From the human T2T-CHM13v2.0 reference genome, Homo sapiens: a stretch of 64,000 bases of DNA. The position numbers were made by a program, and so were the translations under genes. Each line of letters starts with the position of its first letter. The first letter of the stretch is position 1. Positions 47,827 through 64,000 of this stretch are shown piece by piece. Below the pieces are notes generated by a model. That model ran no database searches. It saw only the letters and a program-made list of their open reading frames with translations, and was not told the origin of the DNA. Location: NCBI RefSeq assembly GCF_009914755.1, contig NC_060946.1; one strand, given 5' to 3'.

Positions 47827-48433
47827 TGCTGACTGTTTGCTCCCGGAGCTCTGTGGGCACCCGGAAACATGCAGGGAATGGTAGAAGACGGGCATGGTGC
47901 CTTCGCTCTCCTTGCCCGTTTCCAAACCGGCCACACTGCAGATTTCCCATGTTGCCGCACATGGGAATCCATCGTCAGGCCATCACGCTGGGGAGGCATC
48001 TTCTCTCTGGGGTCTCGCTCTGGTGTCCTACCTGGAAATGAACGAGAGCCACACGCCTGCCTGTGTGAGACTGTCCCGGCAACGGCGACACCAACAGGCA
48101 CTGCCTCCTTCACCGAGAGAGGGCCTGAAACTCTCAAGACTCCCACGGAAGTTCAGTTCCTCACTTCCCTCCACCCTCCCAGGCCAGTTTCTCCCTGCTG
48201 AAGATGCGTGGGAGCCCAGAGAGCGGCTTCCAGTTCCCGTGGGATTCCTGGAGAGGTCTGGAGAGCCAGCCCCCGAAACGCGCCCCTCCCACCGCTTCCA
48301 CCTCGCCCCCTTCCTCTTCATCCCTCCGGCCCAACACCACCAGCACCACGCCCTACCCCCCCACACCACCACCCCCCGGCTGCAGGCCTCGAAGCCCTGG
48401 GACCCTACCGGGGTGGGGCGGGCTGTCCCAGGG

Positions 48434-48485
48434 CTCACCACCATTCATGAAGTGGTGGAACTTGCCTGCCTGAGGGCCCTTATGA
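48434..48485 (+). promoter_or_regulatory. Degenerate DUX promoter homolog
   Basis: CTCACCACCATTCATGAAGTGGTGGAACTT...CCTTATGAGAG. Both the GC box and the TATA position are altered. Confidence 0.55.
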
Positions 48486-48582
48486 GAGCCGCTGGCTGGC
48501 TGTCCGGGCAGGCCTCCTGACTGCACCTGCCTCAGTGCACAGGCCGACTGAGGTGCACGGGAGCCCGCTGGCCTCTCTCTGA

Positions 48583-49891
<1,309 letters not shown>

Positions 49892-50031
49892 GATGCGGGG
49901 TAGGGACGGGGTCAGGTTAGGGCAGGGTGGTGGCCTCTCTTTCGTGGGGAACACCTGGCTGGCTATGGAGGGGCGTGTCTTCGCCCTGCCACCTTCACCG
50001 GGCTGACCAGCCTGTGATTCCTGCATTCTAG

Positions 50032-50113
50032 GTCTAGGCCTGGTGAGAGGCTCCACACAGCGGTGAACTGCCATTCTTTGCTGGGCAACCTGGGGATCCC
50101 AGAGCCGGCCCAG
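50032..50113 (+). other. Homolog of DUX4 non-coding exon 2 (unit 5 shown; homologs occur in all units)
   Basis: TTCTAG|GTCTAGGCC...CCGGCCCAG|GTACC matches the recalled DUX4 exon 2 boundaries. Confidence 0.7.
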
Positions 50114-50482
50114 GTACCAGCAGGTGGGCCGCCTGCTGTGCACACACGGGTTTGCGGGCAGCCGCCTGGGCTATGGAATCAGCCAGGGCAGAGCTCTCAT
50201 GCCTTTCCACCACAACACCACTGCCTGACAACCCACCTCCACCCCCACCCCCCACCCCCGGAAAATGCGTCCTCTCCTTGGTTGGGTGGAGACCCCCGTC
50301 CCGCGAAAAAACCGGGCCTGTGCAGCGTCGAGGCCTGACAAACTTCTGGAGTGTCGCCTCCTCTGCGACTCCGCGCCACCGTCGCCGGCCTGCCCGTGCC
50401 GCTGCAGCCTCCCAGCTGCCACCATGGATCGCCTGGCGGTAGAACGCAGATCTCTAGCTCTCTTTACCGGCCTCCTGGCTAG

Positions 50483-50670
50483 ACCTGCGCTCATTGCGCA
50501 ACCCGGCTGACGTGCAAGGGAGCCCGCTGGCCTCTCTGTGCCCTTGTCCGTCCGTGAAATTCTGGCTGAAGCTCTCCCAACACCTTCCGACGCTCTTTCG
50601 TCAAAGCCTGGAGAATAGTTATATCTCCTGGATGATCGGTTGAGAAATATGTCACAATGCGCAGGCCCTG
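50483..50670 (+). other. Homolog of DUX4 exon 3/pLAM running into the first beta-satellite monomer (unit 5 shown)
   Basis: CCTGGCTAG|ACCTGCGC...GGCTGACGTGCAAGGGAG...CCGTGAAATTCTGGCTGAA...CACCTTCCGACGCT...ATCTCCTGGATGAT. The PAS position reads GTCACA. Confidence 0.75.
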
Positions 50671-53600
50671 TGGAGCCTAGAGAAGATTTGCATCATTTGG
50701 GTGATCAGTGCAGAGATATATCACAATGTCCCCTCTACAAAAAGCCTGGAAATGATTTACATCACCTCGGTTATCAGTGCATAGGTATGTCAGAAATCCC
50801 CAGTAGGCTGAACCTAGACAAGGGTTACATCACCTAGGTGATCAGTGTAGAGATATGTGAAAATTCCCGTGTAGACAGAGCCTAGACAAGTGTTACATCA
50901 CCTAGTGATCAGTGCAAGGATAAGTCGTAAAGTCTCCTGCAGGTAGAGTGTAGACAAGAGTTCCCTCCCCAGGGTGATCAGTGCAGAGAAGTGTCAAAAA
51001 GCCCCTGTAGGCAGAGCCTAGACAAGAGTTTCATCACTTGGTTGATCAGTTCAGAGATGTGTCACAATGTCCATGTAGGCAGATCTAAGACAAGAGTCCA
51101 TCACCTGGGTGATCAGTGCAGAGATATGTGCCAATGTCCCCTGTAGGCAGTGCCTAGACAAGACTTGCATCACCTCAGAGATCAGTGCATAGATATGTCA
51201 GAAAGCCTTCTATCGGCAACGTCCATACAAGGCTTACATCACCTAGGTGATCAGTGCAGTGGTATGTCACAAAAATCCCTGTGGACAGAGCCTAGACAAG
51301 AGTTACATCACCTGGGTGATTAGTGCAGATATTTGACACAATGCCCCATAGACAGAGCCTAGAAAAGACTTCCATCACCTGGGTGATCAGTGCAGGTATA
51401 TGTCACAAATCCCCCTCTAGGCAGAGTATAGAGAAGAGTCCCATCACCTGGGTGATCAGGGCAGAGGTATTTCACAATGCCTCCTGTAGGCAGAGAGTGG
51501 ACAAGAGTTACATAACCTAGGTGATCTGTGCAGAGCTACGTCAAAACGCCCCTGTAGGCAGAGCCTAGATGAATGTTACATCACCTAGGTGATCAGTGCA
51601 GAGGTACATCTCAATACACTCTGTAGGTGGAGCCTAGACAAGAGTTACATCACCTGGGTGATCAGTGCAGAAATATGCCACAATGCTGCCAGTAGGCAGA
51701 TATAGACAAGAGTTATATAACCTGCTTGATCACTGCAGAGATATGTCACAATGCCCCTGTTGGCAGAGTGTAGACAAGAGTCCCATCACCTGGGTGATCA
51801 GTGCAGAGTTATGTCACAATGCCCCCTTTTGGCAGAGCCTAGACAAGGGTTACATCACCTGGGTGATCAGTGCAGAGATGTGTCACAAGCCCCCTGTAGC
51901 CAGAGCCTAGACAAGATTTACATCAGCTGTGTGATCAGTGCAGTGACATATCACAACGTCCCTGGAGCCATATCCTTGACAACAGTGACATCACCTTGGT
52001 GATCAGTGCGGAGATATGTCACAATGTCTCCAGTAGGCAGAGCCTAGACAAGAGTTACATCACCTGGTTGATCAGGGCAGAGATATGTCACAATGCCCCC
52101 TATTACCAGATCCCTGAGAAGAGTAGCATCACCTCGGTGATCAGTGCAGAGATATGTCTCAATGCCTCCTGTCGGCAAAGCCTATACAAGAGTTGCATCA
52201 TCTCGGTGATCAGTGCAGTGATATGTCACAATATCCCCTATAGGCAGAGCCTAGACAAGAGTTACATCACCTGGGTGATCAGTGCAGAGATATGTCACAA
52301 TGTCCCGTGTAGTCAAAGCCTAGGCATGAGTTATATCACCTTTGTCATCAGTTCAGGGATATGTGAAAACGTCCCTGTAGGGAGAGCCTAGACAAGAGTT
52401 ACATCACCTAGGTGATCAGTGCAGAGATATTTCACAATACCCCCTGTAGCCAGATCATAGACAAGAGTTGAATCACCTGGGTGATCAGTGCAGATATATT
52501 TCACAATGCCCCATTTGGGCAGAGGGTTGACAAGAGCTACATCACCTCGGTGATCAGTGCAGAGATTTGTCAAAATTCCCTGTAGGCAGTGCTTATAAAA
52601 TTGTTATATCACCTAAGTGATCATTGCAGAGATATGTCACAAAGCTCCTGTAGGCAGAATTTAGATGAGTTACATCACCTGGGTGATCAGTGAAAAGAAA
52701 TCTCACAAAGCCCCCTGTAGGCAAAGCCTAGACAATAGTTACATCACTTGGGTAATCAGTGGCGAGATCTCTCACAATTCCCCGGTAGGCAGAGCTTACA
52801 AAACAATTACATCACGTGGGTGATCAGTGCAGAAATATGTCACAATGCCCCCTTAGGCAGAGCCTAGACAAAAGCCCCATCACCTGGATGATCAATGCAA
52901 AGTTATGTCACAAAGTCCCTTTAGGCAGATCCTAGACAAGAGTTGCATCACTTGGATGATCAGTGCTGAGATATGTCACAAAGAACCCTGTAGGCAGAGC
53001 CTAGAAAAGAGTTACGTCACCTGGGTGATCAGTGCAGAGATATGTCACAATGCCACTGTAGGCATAGCCTAGACAAGAGTTACATGACCCAGCTGATCAG
53101 TGCAGAGATACATCGCAATGCCCCTGTAGGCCGAGCCTTGACAAGTGGTATATCACCTGGGTGATCATTGCAGGGATATGTCACAAAGCACTCTGTAGGC
53201 AGATCCTAGAGAAGAGTTATATCACCTGGGTGATCACTGCAGAGATATGTCACAAGCCCCCTGTAGGCAGAGCCTAGACAAGAGTTATGTCACCTGAGTG
53301 CTCAGTGCAGGGATATGTCACAATGCCTTGTAGCCAGAGCCTAGAGTAAAGTTACAGCACCTGGGAGATCAGTGCAGAGATATGTCACAATGTCCCCAGT
53401 AGGCAGAGACCAGGCAAGAGTTGGATAACCTCGAGATCAGTGCAGAGATATGTCTCAATCCCCCTGTGGGCCCAGCCTAGACAAGTGTTACATCACCTCG
53501 GTTAACAGTGCAGAGATATGTTAAAATGCCCCTGTTGGTAGAGCCTTCACAAGTGTAACATCACTTAGGTGATCAGTGCAGAGATATGTCACAATACCCC

Positions 53601-56600
53601 CTGTAATCAGAGCCTAGACAAGAGTTACATCACCTGGGTGATCAGTGCAGAGATATATGACAAGGTCCCTTTAAGCAGAGCCAAGACAATAGTTACATCA
53701 CCTGAGTGATCAGAGCAGAGATCTGTCACAATGCCCCTTTAGGCAGAGCTTAGACCAGTGTTACATCAACTGCGTGATCATTGCAGAGATATGTCAAAAG
53801 GCCCACATAGGCAAATCCAAGACAAGAGGCTGCCACCTGGGTGATCAGTGCAGAAATATGTGACAATGCCCCCACGAGGCAGAGCCTAGAGAAGAGTCCC
53901 ATCACCTGGGTCATCAGTGCAGAGATATTTCACAATGCCCCCTGTAGGCAGAGAGTGGAAAAGAGTAACATAAGCTAGGTGATCTGTGCAGAGTTATGTC
54001 AAAGCGCCCCTGTATTCAGATCCTAGATAAATATTACATCACCTGGCTGATCAGTGCAGAGATACGTCACAATACCCCCTGTAGGTGGAGCCTAGACAAG
54101 AGTTACATCACCTGGGTGATCAGTACAGAAATATGTCACAAAGCCCCTGTAGGCCAAGCCTAGACAAGAGTTACATCTCCTGGGTGATCAGTGCAAAGAT
54201 ATGTCACAAAGCCCACTGTAGACAAATCCCAGAAGATTGTTACATCACCTGTGTGATCAGTGGAGATAACTGTCACAATTCCCCCTTAGGCACAGCTTAG
54301 ACAAGGGTTACATTATATGAGTGATCAGTGCTGAGATATGTCACTATGCCCCCATAGGCAGATCCAAGACAAGAGTCCATCACCTGGAAGATCAGTGCAG
54401 AAATATGCCACAATGCCGCCAGTAGGCACATATAGACAAGAGTTACATCCCCTGCGTGATCACTGCAGAGATATGTCACAATGCCCCTGTAGGCAGAGCC
54501 TAGACAAGAGTCCCATTACCTGGGTGATAAGTGCAGAGTTATGTCATAATGCCCCCTTTTGGCAGTGCCTAGACAAGAGTTACATCACCTGGGTGAATAG
54601 TGCAGAGTTGTGACACAAGCCCACTGTAGCCAGAGCCTAGACAAGAGTTACATCAGGTGTGTGATCAGTGCAGTGAAATGTCACAATGTCCCTGTAGCCA
54701 TATCCTTGACGAAAGTTACATCACCTGAGTGATAAGTGCAGAGATATGTCACAATGTCTCCAGTAGACAGAGTCTAGAGAAGAATTACATCACCTGGGTG
54801 ATCAGGGCAGATATATGTCACAATGCTCCCTGTAAGCAGATCCCAGACAAGAGTTGCATCACCTCGGTGATCAGTGCAGAAATATGTCTCAATGCTCCCT
54901 GTCGGCAAAGCCTATACAAGAGTTAAATCATCTCCATGATCAGTGCAGTGATATGTTAAAATGCCCCTGTAGGCAGAGCCTAGACAACAGTTACATCACC
55001 TGGATGACCAGTGCAGAGATATCTCACAATATCCCCTGTAAGCAGAGCCTAGACAAGAGTTACATCACCTGGGTGATCGTTGTAGAGATATCTCACTATA
55101 CCCCCTGTAAGCAGAGACTAGACAAGAGTTACATCACCTGGGTGATCAGTGCAGAGATATGTCACAAATCCCACTATAGGGAAAGCCTAGACAAGTTTTA
55201 CATCACCTCAGCGATCAGTGCAGAGATATGTCCCAATGTCCCTCTAGGCAGAGCTTAGACAAGAGTCACATCTGCTAGGTGATCAGTGTAGAGATAAGTC
55301 ACAATGCCCTCATAGGCAGAGCCTAGACAATAGTTACATAACCCGGGTGATCCTTGCAGAGTGATGTCACAACGCCCTCTGTAGGCAGATACTAGAAAAG
55401 AGTTACATCACCTGGGTGATCAGTGTAGGGATATATCACAATGCACCCTGTAGGCAGAGCATAGAGAAGGGTTGCATCACCTGGGTGATCAGTGCAGAGA
55501 TATGTCACAATGTCCCCTGTAGGCTGTGCTTAGAGAAGAGTTGCATCACCTGGGTGATCAGTGTAGAGATATGTCACAATGTCCCCTGTAGGCAAAGCCC
55601 AGGCAAGAGTTACATCACCAAGGTCATCAGTTCAGGGATACGTGAAAACGCCCCTGTAGGCAGAGCCTAGACAAGAGTAACATGACCTAGTTGATCAGTG
55701 CAGAGATATTTCTCAGTACCTCCTGTAGGCAGATCCTAGACAACAGTTGAATCACCTGGGTGATCAGTGCAGAGATATTTCACAATGCCCCTTTGGGCAG
55801 AGGGTAGACAAGAGTTACATCACCTAGGTGATCAGTGCACAGATTTGTCAAAATTCCCTGTAGGCAGTGCTTATAAAAGTGTTACATCACTAGGTGATCA
55901 GTGCAGAGATATGTCACAAAGTTCCTGTAGGCAGAAATTAGATGAGTTACTTCACCTGGGGGACCAGTGCAAAGCTATGTCACAAAGCCCCCTGTAGGCA
56001 AAGCCTAGACAATGGTTACATCACTTGGGTGATCAGTAGCGAGAACTCTCACAATTCCCCTGTAGGCAGAGCTTATACAACACTTATATCACCTGGGTGA
56101 TCAGTGCAGAGATATGTCACAATGCCACCACGGGCAGATACAAGACAAGTGTCCGTCACCTGGGTGATCAGTGCAGAAATATGTCACAATGCCCCCCTAG
56201 GCAGAGCCTAGGCAAAAGCTCCATCACCTGTATGATCATTGTAGAGTTATGTCACAAAGTCCCTTTAGGCAGATCCTACACAAGTGTTACATCACTTGGA
56301 TGATCAGTGCAGAGATATGTCACAAAGCCACTGTAGGCAGATCCTAGAAAAGAGTTACATCACCTGGGTGATCAGTGCAGAGATATGTCACACTGCCACT
56401 GTAGGCAGAGCCTAGACAAGAGTTACATGACCTACGTGATCAGTGCAGAGATACATCGCAATGGCCCTGCAGGCAGAGCCTTGACAAGTGGTGTATCACC
56501 TTGGTGATCATTGCAGGGATATGTCACAAAGCACCCTGTAGGCATATCCTAGAGATAAGTTATATCACCTGGGTGATCAGTGCAGAGATATGTCACAAGC

Positions 56601-57546
56601 TCCCTGTAGGCAGAGCCTAGACAAATGTTATATCACCTGTGTGATTAGTGTACTGATATGTCAAAATGCCGTGTAGCCAGATCCTAGACTAAAGTTACAG
56701 CACCTGGGAAATCAGTGCAGAGATATGTCACAATATCCCCTGAAGGCAGAGACCAGGCAAGACTTGGACCACCTCAGGATCAGTGCAGAGATATGTCTCA
56801 ATCCCCCTGGGGGCACAGCCTAGACAAGAATTGCATCACCTCTGTTAACAGTGGAGAGATATGTCAAAATGCCCCTGTAGGCAGAGTCTACACAAGTGTT
56901 ACATCACTTAAGTTATCAGTGCAGAGATATGTCACAATTCCCCCTGTGAGCAGAGCCTAGAGAAGAGTTACATCACCTGGGTGATCAGTGCAGAGATATG
57001 TGACAAGGTACCATTAAGCAGATCCTAGACAATAGCTACATCACCTGAATGATCAGTTCAGAGATATGTTACAAGGCCCCTTTAAGCAGAGCCTAGACAA
57101 TAGTTACATCACCTGAGTGATCAGTGCAGAGATCTCTCACAATGCCCCTTTAGGCAGAGCTTAGACCACTGTTACATCATCTGGGTGATCAGTGCAGAGA
57201 TATGTCACAATGCCCCCATAGGCAAATCCAAGACAAGAGTCCATCACCTGGGTGATCAGTGCAGAAATATGTGACAATGCGCCCAATAGGCAGAGCCTAG
57301 AGAAGAGTCACATCACCTGGGTGATCAGTGCAGAGGTATGTCACAAGCCCCCATAGGCAGATCCAACACAAGAGTTACATCACCTGGGTGATCAGTGTAG
57401 AGATATGTCACAATGCCCCCATAGGCAGAGCCTAGACAAAAGTCCCATCAACTGGGTGATCAGTGCAGAGATATGACACAAAGACCCTGTAGGCAGAGCC
57501 TAGACAAGGTTTACATCACTTTGTTGATCAGTTCAGAGATGTGTCA
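50595..57546 (+). repeat. Beta-satellite block 7
   Basis: Tandem 68-bp monomers. Confidence 0.97.
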
Positions 57547-58154
57547 TGCTGACTGTTTGCTCCCGGAGCTCTGCGGGCACCCGGAAACATGCAGGGAAGG
57601 GTGGAAGACCGGCGTGGTGCCTTAGCTCTCCTTGCCAGTTTCCAAACCGGCCACACTGCAGGCTCCCCATGTTGCTGCACACGGGAATCCATCGTCAGGC
57701 CATCACGCCAGGGAGGCATATTCTCTCTGGGGACTTGCTCTGGTCTCCTACATGGAAATGAACGAGAGCCACACGACTTCATGTGTGAGACTGTCCTGGC
57801 AACGGCGACACCCACAAACAGTGCCTCCTTCACGGAGAGAAGGCCTGGAACACCCAAGACTCCCAAGGATGTTCAGTTCCACACTCCCCTCCACCGTCCC
57901 AGGACAGTTTCTCCCTGCTGAAGACGCGTGGGAGCCCATAGGGCCTCTTCCAGTTCCCACGGGATTCCTGGATAGGTCTGGAGAGCCAGCCCATGAAACG
58001 CACCCCCCTCACACCCTCCCCTTCGCCCCCTTCCTCTTTGTCTCCCAGGCCCCACCACCACCATCAGCACGCCCTTCTCCCACACCCCACCACCCTCCGG
58101 CCACAGGCCTCGACGCCCTGGGACCCTTCCGGGGTGGGGTGGGCTGTCCCAGGT

Positions 58155-59610
<1,456 letters not shown>

Positions 59611-60313
59611 GACACGGGGTTGGGTCTGCGTCGGGTCGGGGCAGGGCGGTGGCCTCACTTTCGTGGGGAACACCTGGCTGGCTATGGAGGGGCTTGTCTT
59701 CCACCCACCCCCTCCACCAGGCTGACTGGCCTGGGATTCCTGCTTTCTATGTCTAGGCCCAGTGAGAGACTCCACACAGTGGAGAACTGCCATTCTTTCC
59801 TGGGCATCCCGGGGATCCCAGAGCCGACCCATGTACCAGCAGGTGGGCCACCTACTGCGCATGTGCGGGTTTGCAGGCAACCACCTGGGCTGTGGGAGCA
59901 GCCCGGGAAGACCTCCCATGCCTCTCCACCACCCCACCCCCGCCTGAACAGCCCCACCCCACACCCACCACACACCCCCGGAAAATTCGTCCTCCCCTGT
60001 GCTGGGTGGAGACCCCCATCCCGCAAAACACCAGGCCCATGCAGCGTGCACGCCTGACACCCCTCCAGTGGCTCGCCTCCTCTGTGCCTCCGTGCCATCT
60101 TCGTCGGCCCACTCATGACCCTGCAGCCTCCCAGCTGCCTCCATGGAGCACTTGGCGGTGGAACGTAGACCTCTAGCTCTCTTTGCCGGCCTCCTGGCTA
60201 GACCTGTGCTCATTGCGCACCCCGGCTGACGTGCAAGGGAGCCCGCTGGCCTCTCTGTGCCCTTGTCCTTCCGTGACATTCCGGCTGAGTCTCTCCCAAC
60301 CCCTTCCGACGCT

Positions 60314-63300
60314 CTTTAGTCAAAGCCTGGAGAATAGTTACATCTCTTGGATGATCAGTTCAGAAATACATCACAATGGCCCCTCCCTGGGGAGCCTGAA
60401 GAAGATTTGCATCATTTGGGTGATCAGTGTAGAGATATATCACAATATCCCCTGTAAAAATAGCCTGGGAATGATTTACATCACCTCGGTGATGAGTGCA
60501 TAGGTATGTCAGAAATCACCAGTAAGCTGAACCTAGACAAGGGTTACATCACTTAGGTGATCAGTGTACAGATATGTGAAAATTCCTGTGTAGACAGAGG
60601 CCAGACTAGTGTTACATCACCTAGTGATCAGTGCAGGGATAAGTCATAAAGCCTCCTGTAGGCAGAGTGTAGACAAGTGTTTCCTCCCTGGGGTGATCAG
60701 TGCAGAGATATGTCACAAAGCCCCTGTAAGCAGAACCTTGACATGTGTTACATCACCTGTTTGATCAGTTGAAATGTATGTCACAAAGCCCACAGTAGGC
60801 AAAGCCCAGACAATTGTAACATCACCTGGGTGATCAGTGGAGAGATCTGTCACAATGCCCCTGTAGGCAGAGCTTAGACAAGGGTAACATCACCTGGGTG
60901 ATCAGTGCAGAGATATGTTAAAACGCTCCTGTAGGCTGAACCTAGACAGGAGTTACATCACCTGGGTGATCACTGCAGAGATATGTCACAATGCCACTGT
61001 AGGCAGAGCCTAGATAAATGTTACATCACCTGGGTGATCAGTGCAGAGATACGTCACAATACCCCTGTAGGTGGAGCCTAGAGAAGAGTTACATCACCTG
61101 GGTGATCAGTGCAGAGATACGTCACAATACCCCTGTAGGTGGAGCCTAGAGAAGAGTTACATCACCTGGGTGATCAGTGCAGAGATACGTCACAATGCCC
61201 CCTGTAGGTGGAGCCTAGACAAGAGTAACATCACCTGGGTCATGAGTGCAGAGATATGTCACAATACCCTCTGTAGGTGGAGCATAGACAAGAGTTACAT
61301 CACCTGGGTAGTCAGTGCAGTGATATGTCACAAATCCCCTGTAGGCCGAGCCTAGACAAGAGTTCCATCTCCTGGGTGTTCAGTGCAAAGATATGTCACA
61401 AAGCCCCCTGTAGACAAATCCCAGAAAATTGTTACATCACCTGGGTGATCAGTGGAGATATCTGTCACAATTCCCCTTTAGGCGCAGCTTAGACAAGTGG
61501 TACATCACATGAAGGATCAGTGCAGAGATATGTCACTATGCCCCCGTAGGCAGATCCAAGACAAGAGTCCATCACCTGGGTGATCAGTGCAGAAAGATGC
61601 CATAATGCCACCAGTAGGCAGATATAGACAGGAGTTACATCACCGGCGTGCTCACTACAGAGATATGTCACAATGCTCCTGTAGGCAGAGCCTATACAAG
61701 AGTCCCATCACCTGGGTGATCAGTGCAGAGTTATGTCATAATGTCCCCCTTTGGCACAGCATAGAGAAGGGTTATATCACCTGGGCAATCAAAGCAGAGA
61801 TGTGTCACAAGCCCCTGTAGCCAGAGCCTAGACAAGTGTTACATCAGCGGTGTGATCAGTGCAGTGATAGGTCACAATGTCCCTGTAGCCATATCCTCGA
61901 GAAAAGTGACATCACCTGGGTGATCAGTGAGGAGATATCTCACAATGTCTCCAGTAGGCAGAGCTTAGACAAGAGTTACATCACCTGGGTGATCAGCGCA
62001 GAGATATGTCACAATGCCCCCTGTAAGCAGATCCCAGACAAGAGTTGCATCACCTCGGTGATCAGTGCAGAGATACATCACAATGTCCATTGTCGGTGAA
62101 GCCTATATCAGAGTTACATCTTCTCGGTTATCAGTGCAGTGATATGTGAAAATGCCCCTGTAGGCCGAGCCTAGACTAGAGTTACATCACCTGGGTGATC
62201 AGTGCAGAGATATCTCACAATAACCCCTGTAAGCAGAGCCTAGAAAAGACTTACATCACCTGGGTGATCAGTGCAGAGATATGTCACAAAGCCCCACTAC
62301 ACAGAGCCTAGAAAAGTGTCCCAACACCTGGGTGATCAGTGCAGAAATATGTCACAATGCCCCCATAGGCAGATCCAACACAAGAGTTACAACACCTGGG
62401 TGATCAGTGCAGAGATAAGTTACAATGCCCCCATAGGCAGAGCCTAGACAAGAGTTACATAACCAGGGTGATCCCTGCAGAGTGATGTCACAACGCCCTC
62501 TGTAGGCAGAGAAAAGAAAAGAGTTACATCACCTGGGTGATCAGTGTAGAGATATGTCACAATGTCCCCTGTAGGCAGAGCATAGAGAAGAATTGCATCA
62601 CCTGGGTGATCAGTGCAGAGATATTTCACAATGCCCCCTTTGTGCAGAGGGTAGACAAGAGTTACATCACCTTGGTAATCAGTGCAGAGATTTGTCAAAA
62701 TTCCCTGTAGGCAGTGCTTATAAAACTGTTACATCACCTAAGTGATCAGTGCAAAGACATGTCACAAAGCTCCTGTAGGCAAAACTTAGATGAGTTACAT
62801 CATCTGGGGGATCAGTGCAAAGATATGTCACAAAGCCCACTGTAGGCAAAGCCTAGACAATAGTTACATCACTTGGGTGATCAGTGGCGAGATCACTCAC
62901 AATTCCCCTGTAGGCAGAGCTTATGCAACAGTTACATCACCTGGGTGATCATTGCAGAGATATGTCACAATGCCCCCATAGGCAGATCCAAGACAAGTGT
63001 CCGTCACCTGTGTGATCAGTGCAGAAATATGTCACAATGCCCCCTTAGGCAGAGCCTAGAGAAAAGCCCCATCACCTGTATGATCAGTGAAGAGTTATGT
63101 CACAATGTCCCTGTAGGCAGATCCTAGAAAAGAGTTACATCACTTGGATGATCAGTGCAGAGATATGTCACAGTGCCACTGTAGGCAGAGCATAGACAAG
63201 AGTTACATGACCTAGGTTATCAGTGCAGAGATACATTGCAATATCCCTGTAGGCAGAGCCTTGGGAAGTGGTACATCACCTGGGTGATCATTGTAAGGAT

Positions 63301-64000
63301 ATGTCACAAAGCACCCTGTAGGCAGATCCTTGAAAAGAGTTACATCACCTGGGTGATCAGTGCATAGATATGTCACAATGCCACTGTAGGCAGAGCCTAG
63401 ACAAGAGTTACATGACCTAGGTGATCAGTTCAGAGATACATCTCAATGCCCCTATAGGCAGAGCCTTAACAAGTGGTATATCACCTGGGTGATCATTGCA
63501 GGGATATATCACAAAGCACCCTGTAGGCAGATCCTAGAGAAGAGTTATATCACCTGGGTGATCAGTGAAGAGATATGTCACAAGCCCCCTGTAGGCAGAG
63601 CCTAGACAAGAGATATATCACCTGGGTGATCAGTGCAGTGATATGTCACAATGCCGTGTAGCCAAAGCCTGGACTAAAGTTACCGCACCTGGGAGATCAG
63701 TGCAGAGATATGTCACAATGTCCCCAGTAGGCAGAGACCAGGCAAAATTTGGATCACATCGGGATCAGTGCAGAGATATGTCTCAATCCCCCTGTGGGCA
63801 CATCCTAGACAAGAGTTACATCACCTCGTTTAACAGTACAGAGATATGTCAAAATGCCCCTGTAGGAAGAGCCAAAACAAGTGTTACTTCACTTAGGTGA
63901 TCAGTGCAGAGATATGTCACAATACACCCTGTAAGCAGAGCCTAGACAAGAGTTACAACATCTGGGTGATCAGTGCAGAGATATGTGACAATGCCCCTTT
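60314..64000 (+). repeat. Beta-satellite block 8 (runs off the window)
   Basis: Tandem 68-bp monomers. Confidence 0.97.

Overview
This is primate (most likely human or great-ape) heterochromatin, not a prokaryotic or gene-rich region. About 70% is diverged 68-bp beta-satellite (Sau3A/BSAT) in eight blocks of 1.6-10.8 kb. Between the blocks sit single ~2.6-2.8-kb D4Z4/LSau-like units, each carrying a DUX4-like double-homeobox gene. There are six near-complete units and two fragments. Each complete unit resembles the distal end of the 4qA D4Z4 array: promoter, DUX4-like ORF, exon 2, exon 3/pLAM, then beta-satellite. All intact unit ends use the same satellite junctions, so unit plus satellite was amplified as a ~9.4-13.5-kb composite macro-repeat. 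This is the LSau-BSAT type known from acrocentric short arms and some pericentromeres, but the locus cannot be assigned from sequence alone. A ~9.8-kb segment (5815-15650) is inverted, with a fold-back hairpin at the left junction and microhomology at the right. Most DUX4-like ORFs are disrupted, with two exceptions of note. The copy at 48622-49098 keeps an uninterrupted 158-aa double-homeodomain ORF equivalent to DUX4-s. The copy at 35105-36362 is one 1-bp insertion away from a 418-aa full-length frame. No copy has the 4qA ATTAAA polyadenylation signal. Comparisons with canonical D4Z4/DUX4 are from recalled reference sequence, not a computed alignment.
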